59,957 nt of DNA, filler included, from Jimgerdemannia flammicorona (GCA_003990765.1; 3 parts of 3 records of this genome joined end to end with filler, not necessarily neighbours in it), one strand, 5' to 3'; counted from the first letter of the whole stretch, positions 11,812 to 25,330 are shown. The notes: generated by a model not told the origin, from the letters alone. A program made the numbers and translations.

Positions 11812-12930
11812 ATATAAGATCTCAAGAGTAAATGGGATGCTAGAAGAAGAAGAGGACTTGCTGGAGGTAATAGAAGATTTGGCTGGAGTTGTGGAGAGGA
11901 GAAGATTGATCTGAAAGAAGTATGAGACCAAGATAGTTGTAGAGATTGTAAATGGCAGGAAGGTGCAGCTGGATCAGGCAGCCTGAGAGAGAATACAGAG
12001 AAGGTGTATTCAGAAAGAGTTGCTGGCTAAGTTGGGAGGGAGAGCAGTCAGGAGGACCACTACTGGTGAAGCTGGATTGAAGATAAGTGTCTGGGCAAGA
12101 GAAAAGGAAGCAGTGCCAGAGGGGATCCTAGGAGAGAGGAAAGGTGCAGGGCTGAGTATTATTGTGGAGAATGCCAAGATGGTGGAGGAGGAGTGCCCTC
12201 AGTAGTGCTCCGAACGAGTCAATCCGGATGGGATTCGGATGGATTCGAATCAGATTCGAATCAACCATTGTTTTGATTTCCAAATTAGACAATTAAATAT
12301 TTACATCAATAACTTGATGAATAATCATCTAAATTTGATGATCCTGGTGTTATTTGAAAGCCCTTAATAAGGCCTTTCTAATGATACCAAGAACATTAAA
12401 ATCAGATTACGTGTTGCCGAGATATTAAGGAAAACATTCCATTTGACGAAATTTCCAAAATCGGCAAATCAAAGAATTTCCAAAATCGGCGATTCAGACG
12501 TTTTCCTTCATAACTCAGCAACGCATGATCCGATTTCAATGTTCTTGATATCATTAGATAGGCCTTATTAAGGGCATTCAAATGACACCAAGATAATCAA
12601 ATTTGGATGATTATTCATCAAGTTATTGATGTAAACATTTAATTGTCTAATTTGGAAATCAAAACAATGGTTGATTCGAATCCGATTCGAATCCCATCCG
12701 AGTTGATCCGGATGGGATTCAATCCGAATCAATCCGAATCCAATCCGGATTAAATTGACTTGTTAGGAGCACTAGCCCTCAGTATAGGGTGCCAGATAAG
12801 ATTAAAGGTAATACTAAATTGCAGGATATGCTAGAAGAGGATTGAGATGAATCAGCAAGAAGAAATGCAGAGAGCAGACAGATAAAAGGGGGGAAGAGAG
12901 TAGCCCAGAGAGTGGTGGATCCCCACTTGA
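11812..12930 (+). mobile_element. LINE ORF1 remnant interrupted by a MITE
   Basis: LEEEEDLLEVIEDLAGVVERR...KELLAKLGG matches EEEEEDLLEALEELDGAVEQR...KDLLAKLGG of ORF1 at 15080-15280. Confidence 0.8.
12203..12774. mobile_element. hAT-type MITE / foldback element, 572 bp, 8-bp TSD GCCCTCAG
   Basis: Ends TAGTGCTCC...GGAGCACTA; perfect 8-bp TSD at 12195-12202 and 12775-12782; ~200-bp internal inverted arms; subterminal GGATT/AATCC repeats. Confidence 0.92.
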
Positions 12931-12939
12931 GAACCACTG

Positions 12940-13919
12940 ATCAGTCTCTTACCTTTCTTATATTCTTCTTGTCTGCTAGCTATACCCTGATATCTACATC
13001 TTCTGTTCTGAATTGAGTATCTTCCCAGATCTAAAATCCAACATCTACAATATCCTCATACTTCTTGATGGCCACTATAATCAATCTCTTAGTCATTTCC
13101 TTTAATACTATAGGAATATCCAGCACTGTCAGCTACACCACTTAGGGGTCCCAGTATAAATACTGGGTCATAGAGATTGCTACCTCTCCTACCACCACTT
13201 CTTTCTCTATTGCTTTCAATAATATCTCCTCCTTCTTGAAGTCTATCTCCACTTCTTTCAGACCCTTCAAAAACTTTACTAATGCTACTCCCTTTATCTC
13301 TTGGGCCAGAAGCCCTAGAATTATCCTTACTGTCACTATCAAGCCTCAGAAACACAATATGATAGCAAATTCTGATCTCAATTTCTTGAGTAACAGTGCT
13401 ACTACCAGATCTATTATACCATCTGCCAAATCTCTGAGTCTCATATCTACCCCCTGTCTAGCCTTACTATCAACTATCATATCTAGATTTTTTTTCCAGA
13501 TTAGTAGTCTTCTTGTTATCAGCAGTCTCACTCTCCCTAGCTACTACTCCCTTAGCTCTATTGCTCTTACTGCTATAGACCACTCCACCAGACCCTATAG
13601 CCCTTGCCATCTCCTTACTCTTTCTCAGCCAGCTCTTCAGTCCAGTTATCAAATAACCCTCCTTCACTTTATCTGTAAAGCTCACTCTTCCAGTTCTCTA
13701 TCCCCTAGCACTATCTTCTCTCCTTCTATATCCACCAGCCAGTAAGTCCCTCATGCTTCCCTCTAAGCCATAACTCTTCTCCATATACTGCCAGTTGAAT
13801 ACACTAGGGCTACCCTGCTCAGCATGTACTTTGAAATACTCATCTGTTACTATAATGTTAGTACCTTTTCTCTAAAAAAAATGTCTTGAATATTGTCAGA
13901 AGTTTGTATAATCCAAATA
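12940..13919 (-). mobile_element. Decayed 5' part and ORF1 of the same LINE family, divergent from the adjacent copy
   Basis: RDLADGIIDLVVALLLKKL and VALVKFLKGLKEVEIDF match RDLADGVTGLAVAPLLKKL and AASVKFLKGLEGVEVGF; the 5'UTR aligns with 14043-14110. Confidence 0.85.
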
Positions 13920-14108
13920 GTACTAGAGAAAAGTTTGGTCTTGTAGATATCTGACTATCTAGTATTACTGGACATAAGTGATCTTTTATACTAAATTCTA
14001 GACTACTAGTAATGAGTAAATAGCTACATCTTTCTCCAGTAACATTCAGGTTACACAACCCTTTGGCAATACTTTCGACACAGTTTCTGGAGAAAAGCTA
14101 CTAGTATC

Positions 14109-16137
14109 ATGGCGACCAATGAGCATCCGGAGGTGCGTACTAGGCAGGGTGGCCCTGGAGCATTTGACTGGCAGCAAGTGGGGAGAGGCCCCAGCTTGGG
14201 GGGAAGTATGAGGGGCCTGCTGGTGGGGGGCCGCAGTGGAAGAGGGGGTGGAGCTGGAGGTCAAGGGTCCGGCAGGGTGAGCTTTGCGGAGAAGGTGAAG
14301 GGGGGTCGACAGGGAGCTGGACGGGAGAGCTGGCTGAGAGGAGAGAAGGTACCGGTGGCGGCTTCCAGGCAGCAATCGCTTGGAGGTGCCTCTCTGGAGG
14401 GCCATAGGAGTGGAGCTGGGGGGGTAGCGGCTGGGGCGGGGACTGCTGATGGGGTGTGACGGGTGATCTGGAAAAAAATCTAGATGGGACTGCTGATGGT
14501 GAGCCGAGCAGTGGGAAGGGCACAAGGCCCAGGGACCTGGCGGATGGTGTAACAGGACTGGCGGTGGCTCCGTTACTCAAGAAGTTGATCTCGGCATTCG
14601 CAGTCACGCTGTGCTTCAGGGGCTTAGCAGTAATGGCAAAAATGGTGTTGGGGCTTATCACTAAGCAGGTGGTAGGAGCGGCTTCGGTGAAGTTTCTGAA
14701 GGGACTGGAGGGGGTGGAGGTGGGATTTGAGGAGGTGGAACCACTGGAGGAGGCGCTGAAGATTGGGTTAGTGGTTGGGGAGGTGTATGTTCTATGGCGA
14801 GGTGTTTGAAATGGGATCTGAGGGTGGTCCAACTGCTGGTGAAAGGAGTACCCACGGTGACAGCAATGGAGACAAGGAAGAGAGTGGAGGATGTCATGGC
14901 AGAGTATGGCAAGGTGGTGGATATCGGATTCAGGGTCTGGGAAGGAACCGCACTCAGGACTGGAGATGTGGATGTGAGGATTCGGCTAGCTGGGAAAGAG
15001 GCTACCAGGAAGACAAGGGACTGGCCTTCGGTGTTGGTCTGGGGGACTTTTCTATGCAAGGTGATGCAGGTGAAAGGGAGTGAAGAAGAGGAGGAAGATT
15101 TATTGGAAGCACTGGAGGAGCTGGATGGGGCTGTGGAACAGCGAGCTAAGGCCTGGAAGACTTTTGAGAAGTCGACGCTCCTGAAGGTGGTGGATGGAAA
15201 GAGGATTCGAGTGGACAAGGTGCAGTGGGAAAGGGCTCAAGGGCGGAAGAGGCAGAAGGATTTGCTGGCCAAGCTAGGGGGTGGTCATCAGATGGATATA
15301 AGCATGAAGACGGATACAGAAGGGGCCGGAGCGAGTGTCTGGACTGGTGAGAGGAGTGGGAACAAAGGGGCAGGGACTGGAAAGGCTAAGGAGGTGGAGA
15401 TTAGAGACCTATATGCCGACGGCACCTTGGAGATTTGGGATGCCGGCTGGGAGAACTCCCCCACTCCTTCTCCTCTAATCAGGTGTGGCCCGGCTTCCAG
15501 GAACAAGCCTGGGGAGGACGTGACGATGCTGGGAACCCAGCAGGTGAAATTCAGTGTTCCGGAGGTGTTGGATGGAGACCAAGTGGGGGCAGCAGGGGAG
15601 GAGGAACTGGTAGATGTCCCAGAGGTGTGGGATGAGGACGCGAGTGCGGGAGCAGACACCACGATGCTGGATGGAGGGAGGCCGGTGACCCCGGGTGGTA
15701 AGGAGGTGGGGAACCTACTCTGGATGTGCCGGATGATGAATAACCTGGTGGCAGACGAGCTGGGGGAGGTGGACTTGCATGGGATAGGTGATGAGCACTG
15801 GACGAGAATTTTGCAGGGGGAAGGAGTGGTGATGGCACTGAAGACGGAAATTCTCACGGTGTACCTGGCGGAGGAAGGGTATGAGGTGGATAAGGAGAGG
15901 GAGGCAGAGTTGGCAGTGGTCATGGGGGAGAAGGCTGAATACTGTTGGAACAGGCATCATGGGTTGCAACTTTGGTAGGAGGCTTGCATCGAGTACCGTG
16001 AGGAGTTTGAGGAGAAGGCTGATGAGGAGATGAATGAGCTGTTGGCTGGACTGGAGGCTCAGAGGACCGAAGAGGAGGAGGTGATGGCTGAATGTAATCT
16101 GGACACAGCACGGGAGGAGAGGGGCATGGAGCAGTAG
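14109..16137 (+). pseudogene. LINE ORF1 (Gly-rich N-terminus, RRM-like core, acidic coiled-coil), disrupted
   Basis: YGKVVDIGFRVWEGTALRTGDVDVRIRL resembles the ORF1 RNA-binding region; it contains internal stops and a frameshift near 14795. Confidence 0.8.
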
Positions 16138-16167
16138 GGATTGATCGAGAACAAACCATATTTTATT

Positions 16168-19100
16168 ATGAATAGTACAACCAACATTTTTTCTTTGAAC
16201 GTGAATGGGCTTAGGGGTGCAGCTAGATGCAGGAACATTTTTCTTTGGTTGAAGAGATTGGAGGCCGATCTCTTCCTCTTGCAGGATATCAGGTGCGAGG
16301 ATGATGCTGATAGGATGGAATGGACTAAGGAATGGGGTAGCATGGCGATTTGGAACAGCAAGATTGGGATTCTGGTTCAGAAAGGCAGAGGGGAGATAAA
16401 GGATGTGAGGAGCTGGGGGGAGAGACTGGTCTGGGGGGAGTGGATTCGAGCAGGTTGGGAGCCGGTCACAGTTGGCTCCTGTTACTGCCCTGCGGTGCAG
16501 GGGGAGCGTGTGGAATGGGTGAAAGGGCTACTGGAGAGTGGGATCCTTGCTGAAGCTGGGTTGGATATGCTTGGAGGAGATTTCAATATGGTTCGGGATG
16601 TATGACTGGATAGAACTGATGAAGGACGGGGTGCAGAGAGCAGGAGTGGGGGGTTAGCGATGTGGGAGGAGGTTGAAAGGCTAGGAGCACTGGTGGATGC
16701 TGGTAGGGAGCACTGGGGGGACAGGAGAGTATATATGCATTGGGCTGGAGATCTGGGGACAAGGATTGACTGGATTCTGATGGCCGACTGTTGGGGCCAT
16801 GATGTCTGGAAGATGTTAGAGGTTGAATGGTGCCTGTGGTCGGATCACTGAGGTCTCTTGGGACAGGGGTTTTTTGGGAGAAGTAGAGATGGGCCTGGAC
16901 ATTGGCGCCTGAACTCCTCCTTGTTGGATGATGAGGTCCGGTGGGAGGAGTGGGCGAACAACATTCAGCTAAAGGTGGCGAATTGGTGGCAGGAAGGGGC
17001 AGTGATTGGGGTTCGGTGGATGAGGATGAAAGAGATGGCCAGGATGTATTGGAGCAAGGTTAGCAGAGTGGCTGGGAAGCAGTGAAGGCAGAAAGTACAT
17101 TGGGCTTCTACTAGGTTGGCTAGGCTCCTGGAGGAATGGGTGAGACTGGCTGCAGTGGAGAGAGAAGAGGATTGGAGAATTACGAGGGTGAGGATGGAGG
17201 TTGGGGAACTGCAACAGATGCTGCGGGAAGAGGAAGAGTCAAGGGTGCGAGGCCTGGTGGCTCGGCTTCGTTGGCAGGGGGTGGAGGAGGGGGAGAGGCC
17301 TTCCAAGTTTCTCACAAGGACACTTCGGGCGAGAAGGGTACAGCAGTGGTGGGAAGGGGTACTTGACTCAGATGATGTACTAGTGCATGGTGTACAGGAC
17401 ATCCTTGGAATGCTGAAGGCACGATGGAGTGGATTGTGGAGTGAGGAGGAGGGTGGGGCAGATGCTACAGCCATTGACCAAACATTAGAAGATTGGCACC
17501 CACCGCAAGCTGAGGAACTAGGTGATCTGGTGATGCCAGTAAAGGAGGACAAGATCCACCAGGTTCTTGCCGCGACAGCCTCAGGTATGGCGCCTGGGGA
17601 GGATGGCCTCCCCTGGGATTTCTGGAAGCGAATGGTTGGAGTCCCGGGTATATTGGGGGAGTTGACAGCACTGTGTGACTCTATATTGCAGTCAGGGAGA
17701 TGGGTGGGGGAGCAAGACCTTGGCCTGGTAACACTGCTCTATAAGAACAAGGGAAGGCGAGAGGATTGGAGGAACTGGCGGCCGATAATGCTGTTAGATA
17801 TGGATAGGAAGTTGGTGACTAAGGTGGTGGTAGCAAGGCTATAGAAGGTGGCCCAGCAGATTGTGGGTGTTGAACAGAGGGGCTTTATCGGGGGTCGGCT
17901 CATTAGAGATGGCATGGCCTGGGTGCATGGAGTTATTGAAGGTGCTCGAGCCTGTGGACTAGATGGGCATCTTGTCTTCTTGGATCAGGAGAAGGCTTAT
18001 GACCAGGTACGGCGGGTCTGGCTGGCGAAAGTATTGGATAGAATTGGAGTTCCGGCCTCATTTCGGTCGGCAATGGTCAGCCTACTAGAAAGGAGTAGGG
18101 CTGCGCTGATGTGCAATGAACATCGAGGGTTGGCTTTCCCTCTGGGCAGGGGGGTGCCCCAGGGGGACCCACTGTCCCCCATTTTGTATGCTCTTTCTTT
18201 GGAACCTCTCATAGACAGGATTCAGTGGAGGATTGTAGGGCTATCTATCTATGGAGTTGGCTGGAAGGTTGGAGCCTTTGCGAACAACATAGTGGTTGGT
18301 TTGGGGGTGACTGCGGATGTCGAAGAGCTCCAGAAGACAGTGGAGTGGTATGAGGCAAACTCTGGGGCAAAGCTGAATTGGTACAAGTGTGAGACAATAG
18401 TGCTGGGCAATGGCTTAGTGGGTGGGGAAGTTATTGAAACAATTGTCCCCACTGGAGAGGCAGTGCGGTACTTGGGCATCTATCTGTTGGTCTATGGGTC
18501 TGTTTTGCCCAGGCTGTAGTGGGAGCAGAGGATTGGAATTTGGGAGGAAGACCTGCGGGGTTGGGGAGGTAGACACTTCTCTCTGGCAGGAAGGATCTCG
18601 ATTTTGAATGTTTACTGGCTGCCGAAGCTGTAGTATTTGGCCTATCATCTGGACTTCCCAGCCTGGGTGGTGAAGAGATTGGTGAAGGTGGCCAAGGGAT
18701 GGATTTGGGCTGACAGACGGAGTCAGATTGGTTGGGAGACTCTGTCCCTACCAGTGACAAGAGGTGGTCTTGGGCTGGTGGACTTCCCCAAAAGACTACA
18801 CTGCTTGCGGGCGTAGTGGCTGAGGAGGGCGGTGGAGTTGCATGGAGGGGGCTGGGTCCCCTTGCTGCAGAAGATATGGGAGGGGAGGACATCACCTAGA
18901 GGCTTGACTGGCGATCTTCTTTCATTGGTTGGGCTTCAGAATACTGCACAACTGAGATATAAAGGCTTCTGGTGGGGTATAGCTGAGGGGGCACACCGCA
19001 TTGGTATTTGCTGGTGAGGGGATGAGGGGGAGAGGGCTTGGGGTCCGGCAATGTGGAGGTGGGATTGTATTCTTCTGGGGGGGCATACCTTTACTGGAGT

Positions 19101-19826
19101 TCAACATTAGTAATGGCATCGAATGCCAAAGGGAACCAGGCCAGGATCTGTGGCCTAGCGGTTGGCAAGGAGTTGGAATTGGTGAGGAGTGGGACTGGTA
19201 TGGGGTTTGGACCTGGAGTGCCACGGTGAAAAATTGGATGCCGCCGAAGTACTGGATAGTCTGGTGGCATGTGCTGAGGAGGAATGTGATGCTTAACTTC
19301 TGCTCAAGACACCTTGTGATCAGAGGCTGCTTTGACTGCGAGGAATGCCATAATGTAGGGCAGGAAGGGGGATTGGTACAGACGCCAGAACATTGGCTTG
19401 GGGAGTGTGAGGTGTTGGGAGACTTTTGGCAGGCCATTGGGGACCGCTTGGGGGTAAGGCGTAGGGGTGATGATATACGGGGGAGGTGGGAGGACCTGAG
19501 GGATCGATTGATAGGAGGGGTAGGGGAAGAGTGGATTACATTAGGCTGGGGCATTGGCTATTTGGGTTGGGCTGGCCGGACACTGGCTATTTGTATTTGA
19601 GGAGGAGAAGTGACAGAGCTTGGGGAGCAGGTTAGCAAGGTGGCAGTTCCTTATAGAGGATATCTTGACGGGATGGTGGCTTGGCTGGGGGCTGCAGGGG
19701 GGTCGGAGGTGCCGCTTAGTGGTGAAAATCTGTGATCAGAGTGGTGGGAGAGTTGGAGTTGTTGGTGAGAGAGTGGTCTTTATATGTGAGGAGGTAGGGT
19801 GGGGCCCCCTGATGGGGATTGGTTAG
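16168..19826 (+). pseudogene. LINE ORF2: APE endonuclease, reverse transcriptase and C-terminal Cys/His motif
   Basis: SLNVNGL, GGDFN, RIDWIL, SDH (APE); APGEDGLP, NWRPIMLL, DQEKAYD, GVPQGDPLSP, FANNI (from FADDI), YLGI (RT); CFDC...TPEHWLGEC. In-frame stops are consistent with CGA>TGA, CAG>TAG and TGG>TAG. Confidence 0.95.
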
Positions 19827-19885
19827 TGGGTGGTTATATTGTATACTTATTTATAGACTGGTAATAAAGACGGAGTCCAAGAGAC

Positions 19886-19922
<37 letters not shown>

Positions 19923-20022
19923 NNNNNNNNNNNNNNNNNNNNNNNNNNNNNNNNNNNNNNNNNNNNTTAATTAATTAANNNNNNNNNNNNNNNNNNNNNN
20001 NNNNNNNNNNNNNNNNNNNNNN
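19923..20022. other. Artificial contig-joining linker
   Basis: 44 N + TTAATTAATTAA (stops in all six frames) + 44 N. Confidence 0.97.
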
Positions 20023-20942
20023 TGATATTAACCAAATCAGTTTTTGTTATTCTATAAATATTTTGTAATTGATTTGAGATCAGTTGGGTAGTAATATTAT
20101 ATATTTTGTATATATTCTAAATATACTTATTTATCTAAGATAAGGTAATACCAATTGGACTAGTTTAACAATAGCTTACTCTCATCTTAAATCTATTTCT
20201 TCTTGTCTCTGTTTATATTTATCTCAGTGTAAGACTTTTTCAAAAATATGGTAATTTTTGAGTATATCTTCAGCAGTGGTATTGGTGATCTAGAGGTATA
20301 AATCTTTATATAATATAATAGATTCTGAAGATTGTACTATAACTACTTCTTGGGCTTTGTATAGAACTGTACTGATTTGTTTAGGTATTTTAATATATAT
20401 CTTTGGCTTTCTTTGAGACTTATTCAATATCCTCTTCAGTTTTTTATTTAATTGTTTTTTGACCTTACTGTAGAGCAGTAGATACTTTTGAAGCTTTCTT
20501 CCAGACTTATTGATTGTAGTATATTTCAGCATTTTGTATGGCACTAGCTTTGGCTTTTTACTTTATCTAAGTATATTCATCATCATCAGAAGTATTCTCA
20601 TTATTGGCTGAAGATAGTGAAGGAGTGACTCCAGTTTTTGATATATAAAATATTTCTTCATTAAGGGTAATTTACACTTCTTTTAATATTGATTTGATAA
20701 GGAAAGTTTTTATTTTATAAATATGGTTTAGAATTTTAGATAAAAGTTTGAATCAGATATATGGAATGCTCATCTTTTGGTTATTGATAATAATTGTTAA
20801 GTTTTATCTATTTAGTTATCTTTTATAAACTCTTAATTATAAGTAATCTCAGCCATATTAATCAGGACTTCAGCCAAGGTTTCACTATCACAGTAAAGGT
20901 TTTACTATCATAGTAACTTTAGATAAATACTCTAACTCTTAT

Positions 20943-21065
20943 AGCAGACCAAATCAAAGCAGTAAATCAGATCAAATTAAAGCAGTAAATTAGACTAAAC
21001 TAAAGCAGTGAATCAGACCAAACCAAAGTAATAAATCAGACCAAACTGAAGTAGTGAAGCAGACT
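20943..21065. repeat. ~23-bp tandem repeat
   Basis: CAGACCAAA(T/C)(C/T)AAAGCAGT(A/G)AAT, 5-6 copies. Confidence 0.75.
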
Positions 21066-21974
21066 TAATAGTCACTTTTCTATATATATATCACTCTTCT
21101 ATACCCTCTTCTTATTTTATAATACTAATTTTCCACAACCTTTTTTATAATATTTCTATCTGTACCACTAGATCTATATCTGATATATATTATATATATA
21201 TATATTGAAATAAATATATATATTATTATAATACTAATTATTTATCATTCTATAGATTTTTATAAAATATTAAAAGTAGTTATAGAATATTTTAGAGGAA
21301 AATATTCAAAGGATCTTCATTACTATTAAATAATACATTTTCTTACTATAAATTTAAATAGTGAGAAGTATAAATCTGCTATTAAATAGTATATTTATAT
21401 CATTTATTCTCAATAGATTTTTGAGTATCTTGAGTAAAAAAAGATATATATTATTTTTATAAAATAAAACTAGTATAATTTCTTATTATTAATATTAATT
21501 TTTAGATATTATCAGTAATTATATTTCTATCACTATATGTCTGTATGTATATTTTATAATATTATTAATAATAATCATATTAGAATTATAACCAATATAA
21601 TTTTTATTTTTTAAAATACTTAGTAGATATCAAATATATTGATAAATATCTATTACTTTACTATAATATATATATAAATACTCAAAAATCTATAATAACT
21701 AATATAGCAGTTTCTGAAATAATATTTCAGTAAGATAAAAACTTAAGATATTTAAGCAAATATATCTAGTAAAAAAAAGAATCTAAAATTTATAAAAAAT
21801 TAAAAATAAATTCTATATACATATGAAGCCAGAATATATTATCTTAATTAATTATCATATCATATTAGAAATATAAATACTTTATACAAACTGAGAAATT
21901 TCTCATAAAATATATTTTATATTATAAAATAAAAATAAAAAATTTATACTTATATTGTAATATCTCCTTTATTG

Positions 21975-22385
21975 AAGTCTCTTCTATCATAGTTCTCTCT
22001 ACCAAAGTCTCTGCTGAAGTCTCTGCTGAGGTCTCCTCTGCTGAGTATCTGCCAAGTTCTCCTCTGCTGAGTTTCTTTCTACTAAGTTTCTCTCTACCAA
22101 GTTCTCTTCTGCCAAGTTCTCCTCTATCAAGTTTCTCTCTACTAAGTTTCCCTCTACTAAGTTCTCCTCTATTGAGTTCCTTTTCACTAAGCTCCTCACT
22201 ACTAAGTTCTCTTTACTCTACTAAGTTCTCTCTACTCTACTGAGTTCCCCTCTACTGAGTTCCTCTCTATAAAGTTCCTCTCTACTGAGATCTCCTCTGC
22301 TAAGTTCTTCTCTACTAAAGTTCTCTCTGCTGAATTCTCCTTCTCTCTGTCAAATTTCTCTCTACTAGATTCCCCTATACTGAAT
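21975..22385. repeat. 15-bp minisatellite (reads ENLVE/RNLVE on minus)
   Basis: More than 20 imperfect copies of CTCTACTAAGTTC(C/T)C. Confidence 0.8.
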
Positions 22386-23399
22386 ATTTATAAAATCAAA
22401 CTTCTTAAATACAAGTAGTGAGTTGGAATGTAAAATTGAGTAGTGAGATAGACTGTCCTATTGCTAGAATTGGACTAGACTACTCATACTATATATGTTA
22501 ATTATTAGGCTAAGAATTTTCATTCTTATTTCATTCTGCTAAAGAAGATACATACAAATATATATTATATTTAAAAAAAATATAATAGTAATATTTTTAA
22601 TTTTGTATTAGTTAAAAGATATATTAGTAAATATAATTATAATTTTTAGAGAATTTTTTCTATATACATAATAAAGACTATTTATCAGTGTAAGAAGTAA
22701 TTTCCAAGAGAGTATAAAAAACATTTTTTTGGTAGAACTTTCTCTGTATCCTTAGGTAGAAACAAAGAGAAAGATTATTAAGACTGTTGAAAATTATCTA
22801 AAATTAGCTATATTAGCAATTTATAATACATGCTTTATTATCAATACTAAGAAATAGAGCAACTACATATGTTCAGGTATTCTTATTTTAAATAAGTAGG
22901 GTCAATAACTAGTTATATTTGATAGGGTACCTATAGTGAAAAACATAGATTGTAATACTAAAAAACTTGATAGCAAAATGCTAAATATCTCAATGAAAGA
23001 AGTCAGATAAGATAAATAGTAAGATAGATGGCAAAGATGATAGAGAGGTAGAGAAAGAAGACCAACTAGTCTATATAGATAAAAAAAATACTAAGTAATA
23101 TCTGTTTCTGATCTATATAATTTCTGATTTATTTCTATAATCTGTCTAATTTGTTTCTATAATCTATGCAGTTTCTGAGTTATTTCTAATTTATATATCT
23201 CTAATCTGATTTATATAGTTATATAGTTTCTAATTTTATTTTTGATTCATATATAGTTTTCTCCTCTAATATATTTCCAATTTGTTTCTGATTTACTTGA
23301 TATAAATACAGATTGGGTTTCCTAATCAGATTTCTGATTAGGTTTTGGTTGGATCAGGTTTTTGAGTTGGGTTTCTGATTGAGTCATAGGTCAGGTTTC

Positions 23400-24300
23400 A
23401 GAATGGGTCAGATATATTGTTAGCTCAGCTATTTCTGAATCAGATATATTTCTGGCTTAACTATTTTCTAGATCAGGTATGTTGCTGGCTCAGCTATTTT
23501 CTGGGTTAGATATATTCTCAGCTTGACTATTATCTAGACTAGATATACTGCTAGTTCAGCTATTTTTTGGGTTAGGTTTTGGGTTCACTAGATTGAGTTT
23601 ACATAGTTTTAATCATAGGGTCCTTATCCTTAGATCTTTTCTAATAATTATCTAGAGATAGTATTAAAGAAGTATACTACTCTAGTTATATTCACAGTTT
23701 GTCCTTATTAGCTATATTTTACTCCTGTAGTATTCAGAAGGATTTCTAATCTTATTGTAAATACTTCTAAGTCTTCTTTTTCATTATTGTAGAATTAGAG
23801 ATTCTTGAGCTTAGTTTTGGTTTTAGTAGTGTAGGCAGAGCTATAGAACTATTGGATAATTAGCTCCTTTAGATCTATAGTAGCTGGGTAGACTTTATAG
23901 TTAGAGTGATCATTATCTTCTTTATTTATATTAATTTCAGCACAGGCTTCTCAGATGAGAGGGTATATTGGTAGATTATACTACTACTGAGCAGCTATAT
24001 CTATAAAATAGAAAGTAATTTTCTCTACTTGTGAGTCTATAGTTATATAGAGATCTTCAATCTTATAGTACTTATTATTATTGAGAGTACTATCAGAGTT
24101 CTGATTGTCATTCTATCTATTAGTATAATAATTGGTATCAATTTATCTTATAAATATTATTACTTGGTCTGTCTTACCTTCAAATAATATAAGTTAGAGA
24201 CCTTTTATAGATTTGTTTATTTTGATGCTAAGATAGAGAGCTTGAGCAAGTATGACTACTTGGTCAGTAACTTTTTATCAGCTGATATCATTATATCACT
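23400..24300 (-). mobile_element. Decayed gag related to the element at 40041, with ~33-bp coding tandem repeats at 23400-23580
   Basis: Minus strand reads KTKTKLKNL*FYNNEKEDLEVFTIRLEILLNTTG...YFFNTISR*LLEKI, against AKSRVKLHNLKFDVHGKEEFETFCTKLESLLNTVG...LFDALPEWLTRKI at 40225-40420. Confidence 0.7.
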
Positions 24301-25330
24301 TATATAGTAAGATAGTAGTAGTCTTTCTTCAGATACTATAGTTTAATATATAATTATTTCTTCTATAATATTACTAAAGTGAATGAATTTAGTAACTAGT
24401 TTATCATAGATTGGTGGTTTTGATAGAGTTATTACTAGGTCTTTTGTAGTAATATTTGGTAGACTTGATGTTCTAAATAGTAGATCTATAGTAGTACTAA
24501 AACTATTAGTATTAGGTTCAGATATTTCTTTAACTATTCTTCTAGGTCAAGATAATATAGTAGAGGCTTTTTTAGGTCTAGTAGTTTGTAATCCTCACTG
24601 TTAGATTATTTTTACTTATATGTATATAGAGAACTCAGTAGTAGAGGTGGAATTTTCTTTGATTGGTATAATATCTCTTATAGTTTAGAAAGATCTTAAC
24701 TTTGTAGTAGTAATTGTTAGAGAAAAGATTCAGAAAATATTTACTTACAATTTTGATTGATTCTCTTATATTTCTTATAAAAGTAACTATCAATTAATCT
24801 TTCTAATTTCTTAAGTATAATAAATATGTCAAATACTTCTTAGATGGTTTCATTATTAAGTCTATCAAATTCCTCTTAGCTAGTATGGGTCTTAGTCTAC
24901 TTAGTGATGATTTTGTTAGCTTTATTGACTTAGTTCTGAGAAATAGCCAGAGTAAAGGTATTCTTTAATTATTACTAATAATATTGGTAATATTAACTGA
25001 GTTGTCTATATTTATAGTAGATTTCTTAAGAGAAGTTTGTTTATAAGTAGAGATAACTTCTATGTTATCAAATTATAATAAAACTATATACTAATAGAAT
25101 TAATATTTTGTAGATAATTAAGATTAACTATTAACCCTAAGTTCTGAGTTCTTATAAGGAAGTACTGAGTTCTAATTATCTATTATAATAGTATAGTTCA
25201 AGTATTACTTTTGAGTTTTTATATAGGGAAAGATATATATTATACTTATATCTTAAGTAATTAGACTCAGAATTATTAACAAGTCAGATCTGAGAGTTCT
25301 GTGATAAGAATATTACTTTATTTTTATATA

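Larger units (their letters stand above)
14043..19922 (+). mobile_element. Full-length L1/Tx1-like non-LTR retrotransposon, inactivated
   Basis: CATTC start, ORF1, ORF2 (APE-RT-CCHC), AATAAA near 19863 and a poly(A) tail ending at 19922. The 3' flank is lost at the contig end, so the TSD cannot be checked. Confidence 0.95.

Noticed and set aside
14046..19554. Many long minus-strand Pro/Ser-rich ORFs
   Set aside because: They are antisense shadows of the G-rich LINE strand with no motifs. The same applies to the plus-strand ORFs at 43904-45074.
20943..23580. Regular short repeats as a CRISPR array
   Set aside because: They are head-to-tail degenerate minisatellites without unique spacers, in a eukaryotic context with no cas genes.
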